Positions 37,553 to 48,014 of a DNA stretch of 64,000 nt are shown in pieces. Origin of the DNA: an uncultured Clostridia bacterium (GTDB taxonomy: Bacteria; Bacillota; Clostridia; TANB77; CAG-508); the NCBI GenBank assembly GCA_944388735.1, contig CALXJX010000004.1:924-64923 (forward strand), read 5' to 3'. The notes beneath the pieces are model-generated. The model saw nothing but the letters and a program-made list of their open reading frames with translations, was not told the DNA's origin and made no database searches. Position numbers and translations under genes: made by a program. Within the stretch, counting starts at the first letter, position 1. Each line of letters opens with the position of its first letter.

Positions 37553-37588
37553 GGTCGAGAAGATTGCTAAAAAAATCAGCCTTCCTCT
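37553..37588. repeat. partial end-module of the modular repeat
   Basis: GGTCGAGAAGATTGCTAAAAAAATCAGCCTTCCTC resembles GCCGAGAAGATTGTGAGAGAAATCAGTCTTCTCCC at 33554-33588. Confidence 0.5.
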
Positions 37589-37685
37589 TTTGACCTCTTA
37601 ACTAATATACTAGTGCAAATGGGAACTAAAATTAATGTTGATTTTTTAGATTAAATATATTATAATATTTTCGATAACTTTAAAT

Positions 37686-37761
<76 letters not shown>

Positions 37762-37785
37762 ATTATAAAAACTTAAGAGGTAAAT

Positions 37786-38253
37786 ATGCAAGAAAAAGAA
37801 AAATTTATGAAAGAAGCATTAAAAGAAGCAAAAAAAGCATATAACAAATTAGAAGTACCAGTAGGATGTGTAATTGTAAAAGAAGGAAAAATAATAGCAA
37901 GAACACATAATTTAAAAGAAACAAAGTTAGATACTACAAAACATGCTGAAATGTTAGCAATTCAAAAAGCTAGTCAAAAACTAAAAGCATGGAGATTATT
38001 AGATTGTGAAATGTATGTTACATTAGAGCCTTGTTCAATGTGTGCAGGAGCCATAATAAATTCTAGGATAAAAAAATTATATATAGGTACAATGGACGAA
38101 AAAACAGGAGCAGGTGGCTCTGTTTTAAATTTATTTGAAGATTATACTTTCAATCATAAAGTAGAAGTAGAAACAGGTATTATGAAGGAAGAATGTGAAA
38201 AAATTTTAAAGGATTTTTTCAAAGAACTTAGACAAATAAAAAATAGAAATTAA
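37786..38253 (+). CDS. tadA: tRNA-specific adenosine deaminase
   Basis: HAEMLAI and PCSMCAGA zinc motifs, 155 aa, synteny with ffs-dnaX. Confidence 0.9.
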   Translation: MQEKEKFMKEALKEAKKAYNKLEVPVGCVIVKEGKIIARTHNLKETKLDTTKHAEMLAIQKASQKLKAWRLLDCEMYVTLEPCSMCAGAIINSRIKKLYIGTMDEKTGAGGSVLNLFEDYTFNHKVEVETGIMKEECEKILKDFFKELRQIKNRN

Positions 38254-38315
38254 TAAATTGTTACATATAACAAAAGAATTAAAGTGTTTTGCTTGGAAAA
38301 GGAATGGTATAGAAA

Positions 38316-39068
38316 ATGAAAGAAAAATTAAAAGAATTAACTAATAATAAATTTTTTCATATAATTGTACTTGTTGTGATAGTTATGATTCTTTTATTTA
38401 TAGTAGGTATTGTTGTATTGAAATATAATGTTGAAGGCGAAACAAATATGCCTTTTCATTTAAGTAAAATTTCTATAATTAGTTCTTCAGAAGGAAAAGA
38501 TAAGGAATCAACAGATAGTAAATGGGCTTTTGATTTATATCAGAGTAATGACATATATATTTATATTGACAAAAACGAAGAATATGATAAAACAGAGGCT
38601 ATAAAAGAAATTCGCATTGAAAATATGAATATAGAAAGTGCAAATAGAGAAAACGTTAAGATATATAGACCAGATAGCCAAGACGAAAAGCAAATATTTA
38701 AAAACGAAGATGAAAATATAGTTGAAAATTTAATATACGAATGTGCTTTAGAATCTGATTTGAAAAATTTAAAAATTTCAAATCAAGGGGGATTAGTAGC
38801 TTTTAGATGTTCAAATAATAATATTGTAGAATATAAATCTAATGACGAAGAAATTATACATACACAATTGTTAAAAAATGCAGGAATTACAGAAGAAACT
38901 CTAAAAATGAGTTTGAAATTTGATATAGTTATAAAATTAGAAGACCAGAAAGAGTATAAGGCAAATGTTTCCTTAGAATTGCCAGTGAATGGCGTTGTAG
39001 AGCAAGGTACAGCATCAAAAGAAATAACAGATATGAGTGATATTATATTTAAAAGGGTGAACACATAA
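38316..39068 (+). CDS. membrane-anchored hypothetical protein
   Basis: 250 aa, one N-terminal TM helix. It interrupts the otherwise conserved tadA-ffs-dnaX order and is followed by a repeat element. Confidence 0.6.
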   Translation: MKEKLKELTNNKFFHIIVLVVIVMILLFIVGIVVLKYNVEGETNMPFHLSKISIISSSEGKDKESTDSKWAFDLYQSNDIYIYIDKNEEYDKTEAIKEIRIENMNIESANRENVKIYRPDSQDEKQIFKNEDENIVENLIYECALESDLKNLKISNQGGLVAFRCSNNNIVEYKSNDEEIIHTQLLKNAGITEETLKMSLKFDIVIKLEDQKEYKANVSLELPVNGVVEQGTASKEITDMSDIIFKRVNT

Positions 39069-39077
39069 TTTTTTACA

Positions 39078-39258
39078 GGCGAAGGGATTATAACTTTTTG
39101 AATTATCTCCTCGGCTTGCTCCATAGATTATAAATTCTAAGCTTAAAATAACCGAGCCTCTCGTTAATCACGCTTCCTCAATTATTTTAAGCTAAGAATT
39201 TATACATCTATTCCACTGCACATTCGTAGCTAATTCAAAAAGTTATAACCCCTTCGCC
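39078..39258. repeat. composite palindromic element: same repeat core at the apex of a different 27-bp-arm palindrome
   Basis: Arms GGCGAAGGGATTATAACTTTTTGAATT / AATTCAAAAAGTTATAACCCCTTCGCC (one mismatch). Core as in 30341-30467. Confidence 0.85.
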
Positions 39259-39332
39259 TTTGAAAACTTATATCTTAAAATTTTTTGTCAATGATACTTG
39301 ATAATTATTAAAAATCATTATATAATACGAGT

Positions 39333-39462
39333 GGTATGAGCTTAATCTTTGTATGGAGAGAATCCAATAAAGACCTACGAATCTTGTCAGGTCCGGAAGG
39401 AAGCAGCAATAAGTAGACATCTTTATGTGGAATCTTTCCATAGAGAGATTAAGTATCATCCA
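39333..39462 (+). ncRNA. ffs: signal recognition particle RNA (small/4.5S-like)
   Basis: Domain IV motif GTCAGGTCCGGAAGGAAGCAGC. 39341-39365 pairs with 39429-39453. TATAAT at 39321, T-run after 39462. Position directly upstream of dnaX as in Bacillus. Confidence 0.85.
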
Positions 39463-39494
39463 TTTTTTATATAAATAAGAGGATGTGAGAAAAT

Positions 39495-41165
39495 ATGGGG
39501 TACACAGCTCTTTATAGAAAATTTAGACCTTTAAATTTTTCAGAAATGGTGGGACAAGAACACATAACAAGAACATTGAAAAACCAAATTATAGCAAATA
39601 GAGTTGGACATGCATACTTATTTAATGGAGGAAGAGGAACAGGAAAAACATCAGCCGCAAAAATACTAGCAAGAGCGATAAACTGTTTAAACCCTAAAGA
39701 CGGAGAGCCATGCAATGAATGTGAAATATGTAAAGGAGCCATTTCAGGTTCATTAACAGATATTGTTGAAATGGATGCAGCTTCAAACAATAGTGTAGAA
39801 GATATAAGAAGTATTCGTGAAGAAGTTAATTTCTTACCAACAAAAGCAAAATATAGAGTATATATCATAGACGAGGTACACATGCTTTCAACAGGAGCTT
39901 TTAATGCATTATTAAAAACATTAGAAGAGCCACCAGAACATGTTAAATTTATACTAGCAACAACAGAGCCACAAAAATTACCAGCAACAATTTTATCAAG
40001 ATGTCAAAGATTTGATTTCAAACGAATATCAAATGAAGATATTGTTAAAAGATTAAAGATTGTATGTGATGAAAGCAAAATACAAGCGACAGAAGGAGCA
40101 TTAAATATTATAGCTGTTCTTGCCGAAGGAGCAATGAGAGATGCATTATCTATATTAGAAAGATGTGTTCAAGACGGTGAGAATAATATAAATGAAGACA
40201 AAATAAAAGATTTAGTAGGAATACCTAAGATAATATATGTTAATGAAATTACAGAAGCTATAATTGAATATGATGCGAATAAAGCATTAGATGTAGTTAA
40301 TCAAGTTTTATCAGAAGGAAAAGATATTAGTAATTTTTTGTGGGAAATAATAAAATATGTAAAAGATTTATTAATATATCAAGCTTCTAAAAAATTAGAT
40401 TTATATGATAATGAAGAAATAAAGCAAATAGAAGAATTATCAAAAAAAGTTGACAAAGAGAAATTAATTAATTTAGTGTATCAATTATCAGAATTAGATA
40501 ATAGTATAAAATGGTCAACACAAAAGACGATTGTATTTGAAGCAGGAATTATTAGATTATGTAGTAAAATGAATAAAGAAAATATTTCTCAAAATGTAAA
40601 TAGTGAAAAAATGAATGTATCTACCGATTATAGTAATTTAGAGCAAAGAGTAGAAAAAATAGAGAAATATTTGAAATCAGGAAATATAAATAATAATTCA
40701 AATCCAGTATATGGCGAATTTCATTCACAAGTGCAAAACGTAGGGAATACTACAATACAGAGTACAAATAATACTATAAAAAAAGAAACAAAAATAAATA
40801 AAACAGAAAAAGCAATGCCAAAATTTTCAAATAAATCAGAAGAATATTGGCCACAAATAGTAAATCAATTAAAACAAAATGGAAAAATAGTTTTATATAC
40901 AAATTTATTGAATACAAGGGCAAGAGAAATTAATGATATGACAGTTGGAATAGAATTTCCGAATGGTTTAACAGCTTTTGGAAAAACGGTTTTAGAGAAA
41001 CAAGAAAATATTAGGGAAATATCAAATTTAGTTTCGATTGCCTGTGGAAAGGAAATGCAGATAAAATATATTTCAGGAGCACCACAAAAAACACAGATAT
41101 CAAAAGAAGAAAGTATACAGAATTTAGCAAATGATTCAGATATACCATTTAATGTGATTGAATAA
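39495..41165 (+). CDS. dnaX: DNA polymerase III subunit gamma/tau
   Basis: GGRGTGKTSAAKILA, zinc module CNECEIC, DEVHMLS, SRCQRF. Confidence 0.95.
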   Translation: MGYTALYRKFRPLNFSEMVGQEHITRTLKNQIIANRVGHAYLFNGGRGTGKTSAAKILARAINCLNPKDGEPCNECEICKGAISGSLTDIVEMDAASNNSVEDIRSIREEVNFLPTKAKYRVYIIDEVHMLSTGAFNALLKTLEEPPEHVKFILATTEPQKLPATILSRCQRFDFKRISNEDIVKRLKIVCDESKIQATEGALNIIAVLAEGAMRDALSILERCVQDGENNINEDKIKDLVGIPKIIYVNEITEAIIEYDANKALDVVNQVLSEGKDISNFLWEIIKYVKDLLIYQASKKLDLYDNEEIKQIEELSKKVDKEKLINLVYQLSELDNSIKWSTQKTIVFEAGIIRLCSKMNKENISQNVNSEKMNVSTDYSNLEQRVEKIEKYLKSGNINNNSNPVYGEFHSQVQNVGNTTIQSTNNTIKKETKINKTEKAMPKFSNKSEEYWPQIVNQLKQNGKIVLYTNLLNTRAREINDMTVGIEFPNGLTAFGKTVLEKQENIREISNLVSIACGKEMQIKYISGAPQKTQISKEESIQNLANDSDIPFNVIE

Positions 41166-41297
41166 AATATAAGAAATATCATTTGTTAATTTAATAACAT
41201 CAAAAAGTATTGAAAAATATTTTAATTTAGTAGAATATTGTAAGAGTTTATAGGTAACTGTTAAAAACCTAAATATATTTGTAAGGAGAATAAAAAA

Positions 41298-41642
41298 ATG
41301 TCAAAAAGAGGTGGATTCCCAGGAGGTATGGGAGGATTCGGAGGAATGAATATCAATAATTTAATGAAAGAAGCTAAAAAAATGCAAGCAGATATGGAGA
41401 AATCTCAAGCAGAATTGGCAACTAAAGAATTTGATGCTACTGCTGGTGGAGGAGCTATTTCTGTAAAAGTATCAGGTCAAAAAGTAATTAAAGAAATAAA
41501 AATAAATAAAGATGTAGTTGATCCAGATGATGTAGAAATGTTAGAAGATTTAATATTAACATGTATTAATGAAGCTTTACGCAAAGTAGATAGTGCACAA
41601 GCAGATCAATTAGGTAAATTTAATATACCAGGATTAATGTAA
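41298..41642 (+). CDS. ybaB: nucleoid-associated protein YbaB/EbfC
   Basis: 114 aa, Gly-rich N-terminus, MKEAKKMQADMEKSQAEL...GGGAISVKVSG, between dnaX and recR. Confidence 0.9.
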   Translation: MSKRGGFPGGMGGFGGMNINNLMKEAKKMQADMEKSQAELATKEFDATAGGGAISVKVSGQKVIKEIKINKDVVDPDDVEMLEDLILTCINEALRKVDSAQADQLGKFNIPGLM

Positions 41643-41725
41643 GAAAAATATTTATAATATCAATTTAAAAAATGTAAAAAAATTCAAAAGCTAATGATGT
41701 TTGAAAACTTTGGGAGGAAATAACA

Positions 41726-42325
41726 ATGTCATTATATTCACCATCAATAGAAAAATTAATTGAAAGTTTTGAAAAATTACCAAGCATTGGACATAAAACG
41801 GCAGCAAGACTAGCTTTTTATATGTTAAACTGTTCAGAAGAAGAAACAAATGAATTTGTTTCTTCTATTTTGGATGCAAAAAAGAATTTAAAATATTGTA
41901 GTAAATGTTATAATATTTCAGATACAGATCCATGTTCGATTTGTGCTAATCCTAAAAGAGATATAACTTCAATATGTGTTGTTGAAGATGTAAGAGATAT
42001 TATTGCTATGGAAAAAACTCATGAATATAAGGGTGTTTATCATGTATTACATGGTTCAATATCCCCAATGAATGGCGTAGGACCTGATGATATAAAAATT
42101 AAAGAATTATTGGCAAGACTAATGGACGGACAGGTTAAAGAAGTTATTTTAGCCACAAACCCTAGGGTTGAGGGAGAAGCAACAGCTATGTATTTGTCTA
42201 AATTAATAAAGCCGTTAGGAATTAAAGTAACTAGAATAGCTCATGGAATTCCTGTTGGAGGGGATTTGGAATATACAGATGAAATTACTTTGACCAAAGC
42301 TCTTGAAGGAAGAAGAGAATTATAA
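41726..42325 (+). CDS. recR: recombination protein RecR
   Basis: HhH ([14 protein letters not shown]), C4 finger CSKC...CSIC, Toprim (ICVVEDVRD). Confidence 0.95.
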   Translation: MSLYSPSIEKLIESFEKLPSIGHKTAARLAFYMLNCSEEETNEFVSSILDAKKNLKYCSKCYNISDTDPCSICANPKRDITSICVVEDVRDIIAMEKTHEYKGVYHVLHGSISPMNGVGPDDIKIKELLARLMDGQVKEVILATNPRVEGEATAMYLSKLIKPLGIKVTRIAHGIPVGGDLEYTDEITLTKALEGRREL

Positions 42326-42337
42326 GAAAATACATAG

Positions 42338-42378
42338 AAAACACCCCTATCAATTATATGATTTGAGGTGTTTTTTGC
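42338..42378 (+). terminator. rho-independent terminator after recR
   Basis: AAAACACCCC ... GAGGTGTTTT followed by a T-run. Confidence 0.65.
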
Positions 42379-42435
42379 TGAAAAAGAAGAATAATATATA
42401 ATATAAGTAATTATGGCATAAATTTAGGTTAATAA

Positions 42436-43566
42436 TTATTTTAATAATATTTGGCAAATATCTCTTGTAGAATTTGGATTTGCTAGTAATTCTGTATTTT
42501 TTTTCATGATTTGCAACTTATTAGGATCTTTGAATAAAGAATATATAACATCATTTATATTTGAATCTTTTTTTATCCAGATACCAACACCTTTACTTTC
42601 TAGAAATTCTGCATTTTCTTCCTCTTGACCTGGAATAGGATTAATAATAACCATTGGTAAGTGAGAAGCTAGACTTTCTGTTGTAGTCATTCCACCAGGT
42701 TTTGTAACAACTAAATTAGAAATACTCATTAATTCCGGAACTTTATTTGTGAATTCCAATACTTTTATATTATTATGGCAATTGTGTTCATTTACGACAT
42801 TTTCAAAAGCGAGTTTCATTTTTTCATTTTTTCCAGAAATTGCAACTATTTGCATATCTGACTTAATTGCAAACTGTACAAAACTTTCAAAAATTTCTAC
42901 TGTCCTTGTTTTACCTAAACCAAATTCACCTCCGCCAAAAAACAAAATATTAAATTTATTATCTGATAAATCAAATTCTTTTAAAATATCCTGTTTGTCA
43001 TATTTCTGATTAAACCTGCTAGATAAAGGAATACCAGTAGCAAAAACTTTATTTGAGGATATATTTTTGCTAATTAAGTAATCTTTCATTTTCTCGTGAG
43101 CAACAAAAAAGTAATCTGTAAAATCACCACCCACAAGCCATTGGTCATGAGGGGCAAAATCTGTCATTATTGTTGCAATTTTAGCAAAAATTTTACCTTT
43201 TCTTTTTAGATAATTACACATCTGACTTCCAAAAGGATGTGTAGAAATAATTAAATCAGGCTGTTTTTCGCGTAATAATTTTAAAAGCTTTATAGCCATA
43301 ATTTTATTAGACCTAGAAGAGATATGTGCTAAAGGACCTTTTTGGGAATCTGAGTATATTCTTCCCCAAGCCCAAGGCATTTTTTTTGCCATTTCTCTAT
43401 AAGCTGTTGTAGTAATTTTTTCTATAGGTTTATTAATATATTTCATACAATCTATGAGTTCTACATGAATATCAGTATAATTATTTAAAATATATTCATT
43501 AATAGATTTAGCTGCATTTAGATGTCCTCCTCCGTAAGAAGCATAAAAAATTAAAACATTTTTCAT
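42436..43566 (-). CDS. ugtP: GT28 diacylglycerol glycosyltransferase (MGDG synthase/UgtP-like)
   Basis: 376 aa, N-terminal IFYASYGGGHLNAAKSI, C-terminal TKPGGMTTTESL...PGQEEENAEFL. Confidence 0.75.
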   Translation of the reverse strand: MKNVLIFYASYGGGHLNAAKSINEYILNNYTDIHVELIDCMKYINKPIEKITTTAYREMAKKMPWAWGRIYSDSQKGPLAHISSRSNKIMAIKLLKLLREKQPDLIISTHPFGSQMCNYLKRKGKIFAKIATIMTDFAPHDQWLVGGDFTDYFFVAHEKMKDYLISKNISSNKVFATGIPLSSRFNQKYDKQDILKEFDLSDNKFNILFFGGGEFGLGKTRTVEIFESFVQFAIKSDMQIVAISGKNEKMKLAFENVVNEHNCHNNIKVLEFTNKVPELMSISNLVVTKPGGMTTTESLASHLPMVIINPIPGQEEENAEFLESKGVGIWIKKDSNINDVIYSLFKDPNKLQIMKKNTELLANPNSTRDICQILLK

Positions 43567-43698
43567 AAAAAAATTCAGCCCTTTCTTGTTTTACTTGAAA
43601 GTATATATAGTAATGAATGTAGATTTCTTTCAAACAAATAAATTTCTTTTAAAAAGGTTAAAAATATACCAAAACGTTCCCAAATTCCTTGCAGTGAT

Positions 43699-44298
43699 TT
43701 GAGGTATGTTTGTTTTGGGTATTTTATCATAAAAAATATAAAATTTCAAAAAAATTGGAATATTATTTTGAAAAAAATGCAAAATATCAATAAAAGAATG
43801 AAAGAAAGTAAAGGTGATATTTTGAAAAACATATTAAAAATTTTACTAGTGTTAGTGTTTTTATTAGTATTCTTAACTGTAATTATGCTTTTTGGAGAAA
43901 GAATAGTAAAAGAAAATGTTAGCTATGCAGCTTCTTCTACGACATCTGACATTCAACTAATGGCAAGAGCAATTAATGGGGAAGCAAGAGGAGAACCTTA
44001 TGAAGGACAAGTAGCAGTAGGGGCAGTAATTTTAAATAGGGTAAAAAGTTCACAGTTTCCTAATACAATAGCAGGAGTCATTTATCAACCTGGAGCGTTT
44101 ACTGCGGTAGCAGACGGACAGATAAATGCTCCTATTGATGAGAATTCAACAGTATATAAAGCAGCACAAGACGCTATGAATGGATGGGATCCAACAGGAG
44201 GATGCATATATTACTTTAATCCATCAACAGCTACAAATAAATGGATATGGTCTAGGCCGCTAGTAAAAACAATAGGAAAACACCGTTTTTGTAAATAA
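43699..44298 (+). CDS. sleB: SleB/CwlJ-family spore cortex-lytic hydrolase
   Basis: ARAINGEARGEPYEGQVAVGAVILNRV...QPGAFTAV. The start is uncertain: TTG 43822 after AAAGGTGA gives a clean TM/signal N-terminus. Confidence 0.8.
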   Translation: MRYVCFGYFIIKNIKFQKNWNIILKKMQNINKRMKESKGDILKNILKILLVLVFLLVFLTVIMLFGERIVKENVSYAASSTTSDIQLMARAINGEARGEPYEGQVAVGAVILNRVKSSQFPNTIAGVIYQPGAFTAVADGQINAPIDENSTVYKAAQDAMNGWDPTGGCIYYFNPSTATNKWIWSRPLVKTIGKHRFCK

Positions 44299-44445
44299 AA
44301 TTCTTGTTTTTATAAAAAAAGGGGAGATAATTATTTTATAATTATGCAATCTGGATTGAAAGAATATTACTTTTTTTGCTATACGTACTTTTAAAATCAA
44401 GCAAGAAAGAATATTCAAAAAGAAGAAAGAAAGGAATGAATTTTT

Positions 44446-45819
44446 ATGAAAGAAGAGAATGATTGGAAAGGAAAATTAAAAAAGGGACCAATGCTAGCCA
44501 TTATTATAATACTAATCATTTCAGTCGTTGCACTAGCAGTCATCTTATACAGTAGTCAAAAACAATATAGACAAGCATCTGAAAACACTTATAATATGGC
44601 ATTTTTTGAATTAGTTGATTATGTGCAAAATGTAGAAACATATCTTGCAAAATCATTAATATCAACGACACCAGAACATGGAGCAGAAACATTAACAAAT
44701 CTATGGAGAGAAGCAAATTTAGCTCAAAGTTATTTAAGTATGTTACCAATACAAAGTCAAGAACTAGAAAATACAGAGAAATTTTTAAATCAAGTCAGTG
44801 ATTATAGTTATTCTTTGTCAAGAAAAAATATATATAATGAAAGCCTAACAGATGAAGATTTAAAAAACTTAAAAGATTTACACGGATATAGTGTGGACTT
44901 AGAAAATACATTAAATCAATTATCAGAAGATTTAAATTCTGGAAGATTTAAATGGGGAGAATTAGCTGAAAAGGGAACAATTGCTTTTGCACAACAAGTA
45001 GATAATATTTCAAAAGAAAGTTTTAGCAATTTGGAAGAGAATTTCCACGAATATGCAGGATTGATTTATGACGGAGCTTTTTCAGAACATTTAACAAGTA
45101 ATGAAAAAAAGGGACTAACAGGAGAAGATATCAGTGAAGATGAAGCAAGACAGAAAGCAGAAGAATTTATAGGAAAAGAAAATATAAAAGAAATATCTAA
45201 TTTGGGATTTTCAGAAAACGCAACTATACCTGTATATGATTTTTCAATAAAAAATCAAAATGATGAAAATATAAATGTGTCTATATCTAAAAAAGGAGGG
45301 CATATAGTTTATTCGAACTCAAATAGAAATGTAGATGCAGAGATTATTTCACAAGATGAGGCAAACGAAAAAGGAAAGCAATATCTAGAGAGTAAAGGAT
45401 TCTCAAATATGAAGGAAACATATTTCTTGAAACAAGACGGAATAGTAACAATTAATTATGCGTATAATCAAGAAGGTGTAGTAATGTATCCAGATTTAAT
45501 AAAGGTTAAAGTAGCATTGGATAATGGGGAAGTTTTAGGTATAGAAACAACGGGATATTTAAATAATCATACTATAAGGGATCTTTCTAATGTAAAAATT
45601 GATAAAGAACAGGCAAAGGTAACTTTGAATAAGGATTTAGAGTTGGTGAGTGAAGGTATGGCTGTTATACCTACTGAGTGGGAAACAGAAATTTTGTGTT
45701 ATGAGTTTAAAGGAAAAGTTGAAGATAAAGAGTTTTTGGTTTATATAAATGCAGAAAATGGAAGAGAAGAAGATATTTTAATTATAACTAATACTCCAAA
45801 TGGTACTTTAACAGTTTAA
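44446..45819 (+). CDS. ypeB: germination protein YpeB
   Basis: 457 aa, N-terminal TM, PepSY-like C-terminal repeats, adjacent to the sleB-family gene as in Bacillus and Clostridium. Confidence 0.85.
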   Translation: MKEENDWKGKLKKGPMLAIIIILIISVVALAVILYSSQKQYRQASENTYNMAFFELVDYVQNVETYLAKSLISTTPEHGAETLTNLWREANLAQSYLSMLPIQSQELENTEKFLNQVSDYSYSLSRKNIYNESLTDEDLKNLKDLHGYSVDLENTLNQLSEDLNSGRFKWGELAEKGTIAFAQQVDNISKESFSNLEENFHEYAGLIYDGAFSEHLTSNEKKGLTGEDISEDEARQKAEEFIGKENIKEISNLGFSENATIPVYDFSIKNQNDENINVSISKKGGHIVYSNSNRNVDAEIISQDEANEKGKQYLESKGFSNMKETYFLKQDGIVTINYAYNQEGVVMYPDLIKVKVALDNGEVLGIETTGYLNNHTIRDLSNVKIDKEQAKVTLNKDLELVSEGMAVIPTEWETEILCYEFKGKVEDKEFLVYINAENGREEDILIITNTPNGTLTV

Positions 45820-45821
45820 AG

Positions 45822-46018
45822 TTGTGCCAATGGGGACGTGTTTGTTTGGCACAAAATATAAAAAATCAAAAAATTTTAGATAACTTAAATAAAAAATATA
45901 TTTTGTGCCAAACAAACACGTCCCCATTGGCACAAAATATAAAAAAATCAAAAAATTTTAGATAACTTAAATAAAAAAATATATTTTGTGCCAAACAAAC
46001 ACGTCCCCATTGGCACAA
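45822..46018. repeat. three copies of the conserved-loop hairpin (one +, two -) with an ~83-bp direct duplication
   Basis: TTGTGCCAATGGGGACGTGTTTGTTTGGCACAA at 45822-45854, and its reverse complement at 45903-45935 and 45986-46018. Confidence 0.9.
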
Positions 46019-46020
46019 AA

Positions 46021-47835
46021 TTAATGTCTCTTGTAAGTATCTCTAGATAAAAGCTCTCTGCTAACAACTTGACCATTTTGTTTAAGTATTTTATATGCTT
46101 CAGAATAAATAGAAGTTGAAGTTCTGCCAGTTTCATAAGAAGAAATTACAACTTCGTAATCATTAGCAGTTCTCAATCCAAATATTTGGAATTGGGCAAT
46201 ACCGCCTGATACAGAGCATACTAATTTAATAGGATAATTTCTATTATTTTTAAACTTAAAATCAATTGAACCATATACAACAGTTGCATCACGGCTAGCA
46301 GAAACATAAGAAGGAACAAATTGGTGATTGCTTCTTTCCACAATTTCTAAATTTGCGTATATAACAGCATTGTATAAAGTAGAAGTTATTTGGCAAATTC
46401 CACCACCTAAACCGTCAACTACTTGTCCTTGCACATATATAGGCGCTTCTCTATAACCTGCAGCAATGGTTCTTTCGCCAACGACTTGATTATATGAAAA
46501 TGTTTCACCAGGCATTAGTACGGTTCCGTTTATTTTATTAGCAGCTAATTTTAAGTTTGTTGTTCTGTCAGTATCTCTAGTAGAATACGTTGTTTTAAAC
46601 TCTGACAATAAATCTGGAAAAGCTTCTGTTCCTATCATATTTGTTGTAATACTAGGGTATAATACTTTTAAAGGAATAGAATATTCTTCTTTATTTTCGC
46701 TTTCTATTAAAGCTTTTGCTTCGTCTAAAGAAATTGCAAAATCTAATCCGTTTTCACTTGGATATATTGTGTATGGATTTTGAGTATATGAAGCATTAAC
46801 AGGTTCTTTGTGTATCTCTTCATAAATTTTTTCAATATTTATGGCAGAAGGATCTTTGGTTTTTGTTGATATGTCAAGAGTTCTATTTTTTAGTGTTAAA
46901 TTTGTAATTCCATTTTTTATATATGTTTTCATTTGATTTACATCTACTACATTACCAGATTTTCCACTTGTTACAATTAGATTATTTCCGTCTATATAGT
47001 AACTGTTTTCTATAACTGTATCAGGTAATTTTGATGATATATCATTTAAAGATTTTATTAACTGTTCTTCATTTATGCTTGAATAAGGTTCAATATCTTC
47101 GTTAAAAAAGAAAGCTTTTAAAATATTTATTTCATTTTCAAGAAGATTTCCACTCTTTCCGATTGAATTTGCTTGTATTACTGCTGAATCTATATCAAAA
47201 GATACTTCTAAAGATGACAATGGTATTGATGTTTCATAATCATTATGCTTTAATTGAATGTTTTCTGGTAAGTTTTCAGCGATATAAGTGTTAATTTTAT
47301 TTTTAGCTTCATCAGTTGTTAGTCCAGATACATCAATTCCTTTTATAGATATGCCTAAGGTGATCTTGTTACTAGTAGTATTCATCATAGTGTATATGGA
47401 AAAAGCTATTAATGATAACAAAATTAAAATCAAAAAAATTAATAGAATAATTTTAATAGGACTATGTTTTGGTTTTAATGATGTTTTTTCTTGATTAAGA
47501 GGTTTAATTTCTTTTGTGTTAGTTTTTGAACCTAAAGGCTTGTATTGGCGAGTATCTAATTTTGTGTTACCTGTACTTGGTTCTTCGCTTTTTTGAGGCT
47601 GGTTTTCATTTGCATCTATTTTTGACGAAGAAGTAGTAGTTTGTGATTTTTCGCTATTTTTAGCATTTTCTTCAAGCTCGTTTGATAAGTTTTTTGTTGA
47701 AGATAAATTTTCTTCTTCAAAATCTTCTGGTACGGCTAAAATTGTATTTGTAGAGCTAGTTGTTTTTATTTTTTTATCTTTAGGCACAGTTATTTTATCT
47801 TTTTCGGTTGCTTTTTCAATGTCTTTTACACTCAT
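46021..47835 (-). CDS. VanW-family protein
   Basis: Disordered N-terminus, TM helix, GGGICQITSTLYNAVIYANLEIVERSNH. Confidence 0.85.
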   Translation of the reverse strand: MSVKDIEKATEKDKITVPKDKKIKTTSSTNTILAVPEDFEEENLSSTKNLSNELEENAKNSEKSQTTTSSSKIDANENQPQKSEEPSTGNTKLDTRQYKPLGSKTNTKEIKPLNQEKTSLKPKHSPIKIILLIFLILILLSLIAFSIYTMMNTTSNKITLGISIKGIDVSGLTTDEAKNKINTYIAENLPENIQLKHNDYETSIPLSSLEVSFDIDSAVIQANSIGKSGNLLENEINILKAFFFNEDIEPYSSINEEQLIKSLNDISSKLPDTVIENSYYIDGNNLIVTSGKSGNVVDVNQMKTYIKNGITNLTLKNRTLDISTKTKDPSAINIEKIYEEIHKEPVNASYTQNPYTIYPSENGLDFAISLDEAKALIESENKEEYSIPLKVLYPSITTNMIGTEAFPDLLSEFKTTYSTRDTDRTTNLKLAANKINGTVLMPGETFSYNQVVGERTIAAGYREAPIYVQGQVVDGLGGGICQITSTLYNAVIYANLEIVERSNHQFVPSYVSASRDATVVYGSIDFKFKNNRNYPIKLVCSVSGGIAQFQIFGLRTANDYEVVISSYETGRTSTSIYSEAYKILKQNGQVVSRELLSRDTYKRH

Positions 47836-48014
47836 CTATTTCTCCTTTAATTATTTATATGAAAGATTACTTTTTAATTATATCATATTTTGCTAAATTG
47901 TAATATAAATTTATAAAAATTGACAAAATAAAATTTGAAATTTTGTAAATAATATATTTAACAAAACTTATATTAAAGTTTTGTGATTCTATCAATAGAT
48001 ATGAGGAGGATATT

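Noticed and set aside
39268-39459. 63-aa minus-strand ORF
   Set aside because: It is antisense to the SRP RNA gene (conserved GGUCCGGAAGGAAGCAGC motif and long helix), so it is a chance ORF.
47836-48014. Forespore (sigma-G/F) promoter upstream of the SASP gene
   Set aside because: It is expected biologically, but I could not place a convincing -35/-10 pair by eye in this AT-rich stretch.
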